A DNA stretch of 64,000 nucleotides from Phoronis australis (Eukaryota; Animalia; Phoronida): contig NMRA01000203.1 in NCBI GenBank assembly GCA_002633005.1, forward strand, positions 475,818-539,817, written 5' to 3'. The stretch's first letter is position 1. Every line of letters starts with the position of its first letter. A program made the position numbers and the translations under genes. The notes under the pieces were generated by a model. That model saw only the letters and a list, made by a program, of their open reading frames with translations, did not search any database and was not told the origin of the DNA. This document shows positions 40,801-52,800 of the stretch, piece after piece.

Positions 40801-43800
40801 AAATAACACAGCAAGAAGTCAGCTGGATACAAAAAGCTGCGTGTAAGGGTTTATGAATCAATCAAACACTTGGCTAGACCCTGCAAATTCTCCAGCTGCG
40901 CTGAGACCATCTTGTCCCCGTTGTCTACTTGTGAAAATAGCTAGTAACTTCTGATTTAGACCACTAAAACTGGTCCCACCTTCTTCCTTACTCGAATGAG
41001 AAGTGATTTCTGGGCTCAGAAGGAACTGGCAGTTTGTTATTGCTAGAGAATATACTTGGTGCATAGAATGACACACCATGACAAGACATCTTACTGAGCA
41101 ATAAGGAAGGGAATGTCAATTCTCCCCAAACCCAGAAATCATATTGCTCATATTGTGAGAACCAGTTTGATTTTCGTTACTCAGTGTTTTCAATAGCCAC
41201 ATCTTGAAAATACCACAACGCTATGCTGATTCTGTGAAATGAACCCGGCCACAAAGGAAGCTCTTGTATAACAGTTACCAAGCTCATCTTGGTGTCAAGG
41301 AGAGTGTAGTGTGGTAAGTTGTTCTTTCATTGTCCCACTCAGCTAAGACTACTAGAAGCCTAACTTTTAAATTAAAAATCTATGTCAATGGTACACAGTG
41401 TTTTTCTACCTCCGCAAAGAGGAGAGTTGAATTCGGGATGTGCCTATTCTTTATGGTGGTTTTATTGACTCAGCATTCATACCTGAAGAGCTTGAAGTTG
41501 CGCCTCATAATCTGCTTGTTCGTGCTTGATTCGACGCAGGAAGTCCTGTTTTGTTTTTTCCTCCTGGTTCTAACGAACAACAAAATTTGGTTACATTGAC
41601 AGAATTAGTAGTTCAATTGACAGAGAACTGAACTGAAAAATTGGTTCAAACAGCTGATGATTTCTAAAATATTTGTTAAAAACGACATAGAATAACCTCC
41701 ATTGATGTTCGTCTGCTGCTTTGATTTATATGTCAGAAATAAAGTGGAATTATTACACTTGGTTAACACATACCGTACTTTGGCTTTGAGGCAAAAATGT
41801 CTCTGAGTTGCATACATTTAGTTAAACTTGCTTTTGAAATGTACGCAGATTTAAGGTTACCTGAGCTGCAGTAAGACGTTGTTTGTAATTCTCTGTTGAA
41901 CTGTTTATTTCCCTTTTCAGGTTCTCAACAGCACCCAGATGTGACTGTTTCAACTAAAACAAAATACCACTCAGAACATAACAAAAAACAAACAAAAACA
42001 CACAAGAAAATAAGAGCAACTTACAATGTGAGCACGATAAAACCTTTTTCTCACCAGACACTTTTCAAAAATAAAACACATCATTTCCAAGAAAACTAGC
42101 AGTGAGAAGGCACTGCACTTTTCATGTAAACTAGCAGTGAGAGAGCACCGCATTTTTCATGTAAACTACTTATTGACTTTTACAGATGACCGTTTTACAG
42201 GGAAATTTCAACACAAGATCCATAAAGAAGGATGTATAATTAATATGGATCTTTCTTGTGTGAAAAAGGCAAAACGCCACTCATGGGATGTATGACATAA
42301 CAGTTTGCTGTAACAGTATTGCACAGATATTGGGTCCTCAGTAGCTCAGTTGTAAGAGCACTAGACCGGCAATCTAGAGATCTGTGGTTCGATTCCCAGT
42401 TGGGGTTCCTGATTTTTCTGTGTTTATTTGATATATTTCACTATTGGCCAACTTCAGCGTCTATATATTTATGTAATCTTTCTATGAGATAATCAAGGAA
42501 TCAAAAATGTCAGAGCTGCTATTATAATGCCACGCTGCTATAAAAGAAACATACATTAATTTGATTTAGACTGCTTACCACTATAAAACTGGTCTCAGCT
42601 TCCTTATCCAATGAGAAGTGGTTTGGAGGCTTGTAAAAAGTGATAGTTCAATTATATAATTTGCTTGAGACCATACAAAGTGCCTACAATATCCACTGTG
42701 ACAAGCCTACTCATGGAGCCTGGTCTTAAACAATGAGCTGTCACTTCATTTAAGTACAACAAGAGGCCAATTTTGACAAAATCAGAAGGCGGGTTTATCG
42801 CATCTTTATTACTACTCAATACAATAGCTACTGGACCCATTATTTTTAATGGAGCATTTTCATGGCACAACACCACACTACAATATTTGACATATAATGA
42901 ATTAATCAGGGCTTGGAATGACCAATCACAAAAAACGCGGAAACTTTTACGGCCCAAATCATGCGCGCTACCCAACCTTGAAATGGTCGATGTGAACCTT
43001 TCCCCGACAAAAATCGGGAGGACTAAAAAATAAAAAAAAAAAAAAAATAATAATAAAAAAATAACAATAATAATAAAAAACGTTACCACCATCAGTAGCA
43101 TGCGTCTGCGTCCTTTTAGGTCGCCCGTCGACTCCCAATCCATACACTTTTGGCTGCAGAGCCGTAGTATTTGTCGCCGCGGTTTACAGTAACACGAGAC
43201 GCCATTGAAAATCCCACCACGCTATCCCAGATGCCCCGGCAATGTTGACAATTTACGTTCCTTCGAAACATAAAGAGCAACTTCCGCTTTTCGAGGTGAA
43301 CGTCGTCTGCAACGCCGCGGTAAGAAAGGAATTTGCTGCGGAAATTTTATATCAAATCCGATTTTTTTACGCGGAAATATAATAAAATGCGCGGACAGAA
43401 CATTTGAAAAAAGCGGAAATCCGCGTTTCCGCAGAAAATTCCTAGCCCTGTACACCACACTACACCATTTGACAAATCATGAATTAGTATAATGCCAATC
43501 AATTAAAACAAGTTTACAAACCTCTTTTACTTGGAGGGCGAGATCTTCAATGTCTTTCTTTGCGACCGTTTCATTGCGGCGAGATTCGTTGAGACTCCTT
43601 TTAATGTCTTGTAGCTTATTTTTCAATTCCTGTAAATGATAATAAGTTCAATCGATTAATAAATGACGTTGCATGGTCTCAATGATCGGGCACACTGAAC
43701 TACACACACTAACAGATCCCCCCTCCCCCAAGCACAATTAGAAGATAGCTTAGTACAACGAGTTTTATCCCCAACACACCTGATTTTGTATTTCACTCTT

Positions 43801-46800
43801 CCTCAGCTGCTCAGAGAGTTCCTTGCTGTGGTGATCATTCTCTGCAAGCTGTCTCTGTAATCACAAGTTGTTACCATACAGCAAAGTATTGCAAGAGGAA
43901 AACAACAAAACAGTGTTGTCTGTGACGACTGGTGCCATATTGAAATAACAGCATCTCTGACAACTGTCATAATTTCATAAGTTGAGAAGTTACTTTATGT
44001 TTATTATTTAGACTTCCAATTAGATGACAGACAAACAACTCGGTCTGTAAAACATTCTGACCTACCCTGACATCTCGCAACTTGAAAACGCAAAGCGTCA
44101 CATACGGGTACGCAATTGCCACTCGAAACTCAATGTGAATCGCCCCACAAGTAAAAATACTTTCTGATTAATATGCAAGGGAAAATCCATTCTGCTATAG
44201 ATAAAGAATTTCATTAAAACTTGGTGTGGGTACCTGAAGTTGTCGATTCTGGTCCTGAGACAATCTCTCTGCAGCCTGAGTCGCGGAGATAGCCTCGTCA
44301 AGTTTGTTCCTGTCTTCATTCATGGAATGAAACCTCTGTTGATAGGAGCGTAGTTCATTTTCCATCTACAATACAAATCATGCCATTGTTTCCTTATTGG
44401 AGTTACATGTCAGCAACAACAAAAGTCGTATCATATAACTTTCAACCAACTCAAAAGGAAATTTACAACAAAAAGAAAGCTCTATTGATGCACAGTCATG
44501 TAAAGTACATTTCTAAAAACAGAACCGTCTCGCCTTTCAAGAACATCCATAGAATGCTTTGGCATATGTCCAGAAGTGCAGAGTAGTGAAAATACATTAT
44601 GCAGTCTATTACGTCATGTTTTGCACTAATGGTAATCCAGTAGAAAAGATTTGGTTGAAAATAAGCAAAGCCTTGTGAAATTGACATTATTCTGTCTCTC
44701 AGTGAATCTTATCCATAATTTTTACTGTCCATTTAAAAACATACAAACCATTGAAAATAGTGAATTTTGATTTTAAAAGATGATTTTTATTGCAAGCCTA
44801 TTGGTTTATATAAACAAAGCAGTTACATAATCAATAACATTACTATCAACTTACAATTAGTTCGGCATTACCCAATAAAACACCTCACCTAAATCCAACA
44901 AAACATTCAAAAAAGCATCAACACATAATAGGTAAAATATTGAAAAAGTATATTTTTAATGCAAACGTCAAAAAATAAAACAATGTACTTGCCTGCTCTA
45001 TTACTTGCTTTGCCTCTGAAAGCTCAATCTCTAGACTGGCTTGAGTTGACTTCAGCTCACTGATCTATGAAGATAATAGGAAAAATCAGTGCCTAGTATG
45101 TAAACCATTTCATTAACTTGTTTTGACCAGTTACTTCTTAAAGGTGCTCATAAGCCCACTTTCCACCAAAAACTAACTTGTGATTTACACCATTGACAGT
45201 TACATACTGGTCTCAACTTTTACTTTACTCAGATTAGACGTGATCTCTGATCTTGGCAAGAATCCACTGTTTTTTGTTGCTTCTGCACAATCGCAATAAG
45301 TTGGCTTGTCACGGCAGATCCCGTACTGCGGCCAGGATGGTCTCAAGCAATAACAAATCCTCAATTCTTCCCAAGTATTGAGTAAAGAACTGCCAACACT
45401 ACAGATTTAACAACTAAACAATGAATGTGTGCAAGGGTAACTTTTGATACAAAACTGAAGTTCACGTCAAGCACTTGACAAATCTATCATTTAAACACGT
45501 TTTATAATGTGCGAATACTGTGATGGTGCTGATCATGAGAAAAAATGATGACAGTCTATGTAACATACTGTACGTCAATAAGACTCAACAGACTTAACTA
45601 CATACACACACAATGGCATATGATCTCTTTCAATGCCTCTGTGTACTGACTTAGTATGCCAAGTGAAATGTCTTGTGCATTTAATATTAAGGGTGAGACA
45701 ATTAATTGAATCGCGACGTGAAAGCGACCAATTTCGATATCGATATGCCAAGGCCTATTTTGATTCAAGGTGTTTTACAAAGTGACAACTTATTGAGACA
45801 CAGTAGTCATCAGAAAATTTTGACACTCTGATTTTCCAGAATGAAAATCTTAAGATAAAAGAAATGAAAGTGTGACCCTGTTAACTTTTTCTCATACTGA
45901 AGTTGCTAAAATTTTTATGAGTGGTAAGTATTAATATGACAAACAAGAATTGAATTAAAAATAATTGTATTCCACCAAAAAAGAACCAAATCAAATTCCT
46001 CAAAATATGTATCATCCCACTCCCTAGTTATATGTATCAAATAAGACTCACTTGTAAGTCTCTCCCCGAGATCTGTTCCTCCTGCTGAGCTCTGACAGAC
46101 TAAAAACATCAAAGTACAAGTTCAGCAATTGTCATTATTTTGTTTCGTGTCACTGCCATTGCTTCAGAAGGAAATTAAAGGAAGCTTGCTTAATATCCAG
46201 GTAAACTTAACTTTGAAATAAAAAAAACAGAAAGAAAGTGTCCTTAGCTCCCAAGAGGTGAAGTGACCAGAAATAGCAAACAAATTGTCACATCATTTTC
46301 TTTTCATAACAGCACATTCCCCATCAGATTTCCTGAGCGTGTGAATGAATGCCCAATATGTCAAGATAAGTAATACCAGGAAGACATTATCAGGAAGGTA
46401 TATTATTTTTGTGTCTTTTAATGTGTTTTTGAATGGGACTTCAAAAAGACTGCTTTAAAATGTTGTCAGTAATATAATGTTGAAGTCTTAACCTTACAAA
46501 ATGCCAACAATTCAGTCGCTGAAAACTGCAAATTAGTGGCGTTGGGGCACTATGAATATGACCACCATAAAAGACAATCTTCCCAAATAAAATCCCAACA
46601 TAAACTTTGTGAACTATGATCTCATACGCTACGGTTGTCTGATTTGTCATTTTTTATCACACCCACCCAGAACGTATCGACTACACTGCACATGTGTTAC
46701 AGAAAAGTGACATTTTACCAGCATCTTTTGTAGAAAAGGTTTCAGGTATACCACATATATTACAGGCATAACGTATCTTCATAGCAAAAAAGCTGAATGA

Positions 46801-49800
46801 TGCAGATTTCGTAAACTATATTTTACTACAGTGCCATTATACATCGACGGCGTATCCAAACACTAGTGAGAATTTTTGATGACGTGAATTGAAGTCGATA
46901 TTTTCAAATGATTATTATGCTGTTATTGTAAGTTATTAAATAAAGAATCACATTGTGTGGACAAAGGTCTGCATTACTCATTCTAATGGCATTATTACTT
47001 CTTAGTTAAACAGTACTTCCAATCTGCTAAATGCTTTCCACAAATGCCACTCAGGCACTTGAACATTCCTGGAAATGTCTTCTTGTGAACACTGAATATT
47101 CCCTGAGTATTTTTATGTGACAAGTTACTTGTCACAGCACAAAACATAATGTTCACAGTTCACAAACTTGACGTAATATTTGACCAACTACCATGGCCTG
47201 GTGACCAACATCACATTTAGCAAGTAACAATCATTTGTTGTACTGTCAACAGCAGCTACATCAAGTGCCACTATTTCACTTTTATGAGTGCTGCTTGCAA
47301 TCAAGACCAAGTCTCCATCCCTAAAACAATTGACCTTTCTACGATATATAGGTCACATTTCAACTCTTTTTCTCCATCCAAACTACGACATAGCAATAAC
47401 CCTGCACCTCCCTTTCACCACCTCCTACCAGTATATCTGCCATCTCTCGCCTCATATTCTCCAGTGTCTGACTGCCACTCTGTGTAAGGTTCTTCACAGT
47501 CTCATTCTCCTTAATGAGCTGTTCTACCCTGGTCTGTGCCTGTTGTGCAGTGTGCTGCTGCCGGTCTAGTTCACGCTCCAGCTTCTTACATTTGGCCTTC
47601 CACCTGAAGCATGAACGTAGTGGTGACAAAATGAATGATGATAGCCTCATCAGTACTTTCATCACACTGTTTTCCAAGAGGGCTTCAACATGCCTGCTAC
47701 TTATTCATTTCCTTTTCATTCAGTCAAGTTTAGATAGAGCACAGTGATACAAGAGACAGCTGACAAACCGCACCTAATTACTCTCCACACTACTCTCCTA
47801 CACATTGCTTAAGCCTCACAAACTCACAGCCTGATTAGATGGAATTTCATCACTGTTTCATAGGCTGTATCAATTGTTTGACCCCGTGCATGTTTGAAAA
47901 CGTCCATCCTCTCAGGCCCCAACCTCTCATGCTATACTCTATCCAATTCCCAAGGCGCCAATATCTCATATTCTACTCAGTCCAAGTTTCAAAACCCCAA
48001 ATTTCTCAACATAATCTACTTCATCCATGTTCCAAGGCCCCCCAACCTCTAATGTTCTACTCCACCTATGTTCCAAAGCCCAAAACTTTCATGCCCAACT
48101 CCATCCATGTCCAAAGGCCCCCAACCACTCATATTCTGCTCCATGTTCAAATGCCCCCCAACCTCTCGTGCTCCACTTCATTCATGTTCCAATGCCCCTC
48201 ACTCATGCTATACTCTATCCATGTTCCAGGATCTCCTCACTTACTGCTTGACTACTTCCTGAGCGCGTGCTTTCAACTCCTCATTTCTCTTTACATGCTC
48301 CTGATGTTCATTCTCAGCTGCCGTCAGTTCGTTGGCATACTTCTGAGCCTCCCGTGTCACATCCCGTTGCTTACGCATCGCATCCTCTAACTCTTTTGTC
48401 AACTGTGCACACTTCTCCTCACACTCCTGTTGACGGTTACTGTCCTCTCGCAGCTGAATGGTCAACTTGGCAGCGTGTTTCTCCTTGTTATCCAAGTCTT
48501 TACTGAGAACCTGCAGAGAGAAAACAAAATTAACAATCATGCATGTAATATTCAGATTATGCGCATGACACTGGACATTTTGCCATCATTCACACCCACA
48601 AGAGGAATGGTTCCCGACTTTCAGAGGAAATGACCAGGCTTTGTTCACAAATTTTTTGTTGGCAACATTTCAAATGCTACGATATATAATAGGTTTCAAA
48701 ACATGATGAACAAGCTTTGACAACGATTCACATGTGAAAATGTGACTAAATATCTATTGTATAAAACATAAATAATCATGATGTTTTATTTCTGGATACC
48801 TTACGTCAAAATCCTCAACGCTTTTGTATGTGTTACCTGGAATTCTGATTATCTCAAGGTACCTAAACTACACAGTTAACGGACTGCTAACACAGTGTCC
48901 GACACACAAACACGGCTCACGTATCTGCAAACACAGTTCACTGACTCACATACACAAGATAGGACTCACAGAACACAATCCATTCACGCAAAATACATAG
49001 TCACGGATTCACATTCATGTAGAAACATGAGGGTACAAGGACTGCCAAACACAGTTCACTCCGATAAAGCATGCCAAATACATGCTCACGGACTCATCGG
49101 CTTCCCGGGTAAGTACCCACGAAATAGTGATTATTACCAGGCAGAAAGGGAGTTGATCAACCTTCGTGTATTTGGCAACAACTTTGCCTACAAAAACTTG
49201 ATTTTAGTGCAAAAATAAAGAGCTAATTTTCACAAGAGACTGATACTTCAAGTCATGCTTAATTCAATTTCAAATGCTCTTTATATTCTGCGCATCAACT
49301 TAATAATAAACAGTTCACAAACACCAACAACAATAAATAAATTGTAGATTACAAATGAGCAGTTTAAATAATGTTAATTTGTTTCTAATTCTTACAATTA
49401 CATCATATTACAGATATATGATCCAAATTATATTCAATCTCGCACCCATTACACAGCTGTCGAAGCTGACTTCTACATTTTATCAGTAAACCGTGTTTGG
49501 CAGCCTGTGTACAGTATTTCTACCTGAATGTGAGTCCGTGATCGTGTATCTTGGGTGAATGGATTTGTTTTGTGAATCCGATACCGTGTCAATGAATGGT
49601 GTTTGCAGGTACGTGAGTAGTGTTTTTGCATTAGACACCGTGTTTGGCAGTCCGTTAACCATGTCATTTAGGTACCTTGTGTCTGACTACTCCGACTGAA
49701 AGAATTTCTGGTTAGGCACAGTAACATCAAATTAATCTTTGACCTCAGTAACACAAACTTAAGGAGCTATTATATTGCAACAAAAGTAGAACTTCATGCC

Positions 49801-52800
49801 TAAACATCTCTGGCATTACTGCGTCAAGTTTGGCAGAGTTTAAATCAATTTAAGCAAGTCCCACTATAAGCTCAACCAGTCTCCACAAGTATACACTGCA
49901 TATAAGTTCACCTCTATGTGATCTGACAGCTGTGTTCTCTGTCTCTCACTCTTGTCTAGTTCCCTTCTCAAGTCACCTAGCTCACCGGCACCGCTGGCTC
50001 GGCTCAATTCTGCTCTTAACTGCTGAACTTCCTTCTCCAGTTTAAGCCGGTCTTCGCTTTCATCCACTACAGGCAGACAAAAGAGGATACAACTAACAAG
50101 TAAGAGACAATGCTCTGATTGAGTATGGCAATGGAACATATTAGGTAAACTTCTGCTTTTCAAAACCAGAATGTAAGCCTCTATCTGGATCACATTCAAA
50201 ATGTGTTTTAAGAGGTTTGGCAATGAACACATTTCTACAGAATTAGCAACTTTGCTGTAGTGTCCAGTTGTCAACTGGACTAAACCGGCATTTTATACTA
50301 TCTACACCTCCAGTACACCTTCAGTCTGAAGTAAGTCACTTATTGATTCTTCTGTTGTGCCGTGCTTAAACTACAAAACCAGTATTAAATTTTTTCAAGA
50401 CTATCTACAGATTTTGGGTTTGGCATCTCTGTTTACTATGTATTTGTACAGAGTACAGCTGACCTTACTTCATTGCAATGTAGTATATTTTTTGAACTGT
50501 GAGAAAGATGAAAACAATAAATACACCACCAGGCGGCAGCACATGACCACACCCACCAGCACGTCGTTTCCTCCGGCTGCTAGATTCCTCTTCCTTTTTC
50601 ATCGTCTCCATCTGTTGCCTGAACACCTGCTTCTCTTCCTCCACCCGACTAAGCTGGCCCCGTAACTGGGCTATCTGGGACTCTAACGCTGACTTACTGC
50701 CCTCTGATTGGTCCAGCTTACGACGGGTTGACTTCAGCTCATGCTCTGCCTGAAATGAGGATGGTCAATGTTTACAAAATGTAACACTTTTTAATCACAA
50801 TCATGACAATAATGCGAAAAGTTAAAAAAGAAATTTGTGGTAAAAATATGGTATTGCAGGGAAGTTCACTAAACAAAGTACCTGAATCCGATCCCTCTCC
50901 AGTCTATCCAGTCTGCTGGTGTCAGGGGGAGGGGGAGGAACAGCCGGCTGTTGCAAGTGGTGGAGTGCCTGTAACACAAACTGCTGTACAACATTTGTAA
51001 GCACCAACCTTTATACAGATATGAATGAATCCTGAAGGTAATATCAGGTTACATGAACCAATGGATAGCAATATTGACCAAGGCTAAAGGACGAAGGCAA
51101 TATTGCTCTCGTGAGGTACATGTGATCGCTCCATATATTTGTTTTATTGCACAAGCATTGATTTTTCTTTCCTGATTTAACATAGTGGCATCACACGCTT
51201 GCTTTGTGGTCAAGACTCATGGTCTCTACAGCGTCTGATTGGTCAGAACACGAATAGTGGAATCTGATATTCGAGCAACATGAATGAAACCTGATATTCT
51301 ACACCAATATGGTCAATATTACGCTATATCGGAAGTTGTCATGCAGCGTTTCAGCCAATCAGAGGACAAAAGAATTATTGGTCAATGTAATGATATGAAA
51401 TAGTTTGTCAGACAATACTCTTTAGGACAAGTGATAACCTATGACAGTGACTCTGAAGCATGACAATCAGTTAACAGTTTAATGAACCCAACAAAATATT
51501 TCGTATTCTACAAAAGGTTGCAGCATTGATCGATGATTTGAAGTGCTTGTGATTGGTATCAGTTTTCAACCAAAAACAAATCATTCTTGATATAACTTCA
51601 TTTCCAAGCCGCCATTTTACCCGACAAACAACACGTTGCTGGGTAAAACTTATTGCTAGTTTATCGACATACTCAAGGAAGAACCCTTATGAATCTGGCC
51701 CAGGTACAACCAGAGCCCTTATCCGCCGTACAACCAGAGCCCTTATCCACTGTACAACCAGAGCCCTTGTCCACNTATCGGAAGTTGTCATGCAGCGTTT
51801 CAGCCAATCAGAGGACAAAAGAATTATTGGTCAATGTAATGATATGAAATAGTTTGTCAGACAATACTCTTTAGGACAAGTGATAAGCTATGACAGTGAC
51901 TCTGAGGCATGACAATCAGCTAACAGTTTAATGAACCCAACAAAAACATTTCGTATTCTACAAAAGGTTGCAGCATTGATAGATGATTTGAAGTGCTTGT
52001 GATTGGTATCAGTTTTCAACCAAAAACAAACCATTCTTGATATAACTTCATTTCCAAGCCGCCATTTTACCCGACAAACAACACGTTGCTGGGTAAAACT
52101 TATTGTTAGTTTATCGACATTACCCAAGGAAGAACCCTTATGAATCTGGCCCAGGTACAACCAGAGCCCTTATCTACCGTACAACCAGAGCCCTTGTCTA
52201 CCATACAACCAGAGCCCTTGTCTACCATGCTGAGGTTATAACGTAATGCTTATGAAAAGTGCTCAGGTCCAAACAGAACCTTTATGTATAACGCTACAGT
52301 TGCCAGCCAACAGAACTTTTAGGCATCAGGCTCAGATCCCAACAGAACCATTATGTATCATGCTCAGGACCGTGAAAATTAGTTAATCTAACTTGTTATT
52401 GCTTCACGGAAACTGAATTCATGGTTGGTAGTATTATATGCAATGCTGTTAAGGACAATTCTACAAGGTGACAACTTGGTTACATGTTAAAACATAGCGA
52501 AAAGTGTTCACACTCTCTACCTGCTTTAGTTCTGTTGATAGATGACTAATCTCGTCCTTCTGTTCTCGTAACTTTCTTTTCGTCTGAAACTCATCTTCTA
52601 ACTTCTTCAGCCGGTCATCAACCCTTGACGAGACCTACAAACGACATTCATAGACATTGTGTTCAAAACGTTACACTAAAACAGAAAACAAAAGCATAAA
52701 CAATACAAAACTTGCACTGACAAAGCATTGTTTTTGGCCATTACTTTCTTACCATTTGAACCAAGCTCAAATTTGTTGACTCAAAGCTAAGTCTACTTAC

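Noticed and set aside
42652-43458. ORFs overlapping the MITE copies (also 37691-37962) as a possible transposase
   Set aside because: Short, with no DDE motifs, and frames differ between copies; the elements are non-autonomous.
47360-47428. Extension of CEP128 exon 12 (VGGGEREVQG...)
   Set aside because: The donor CTG|GTAGGA at 47428 gives the correct phase and the better alignment; the extension is intronic read-through.
47839-48390. 183-aa plus-strand ORF
   Set aside because: Read-through of a degenerate minisatellite and the antisense strand of CEP128 exon 11.
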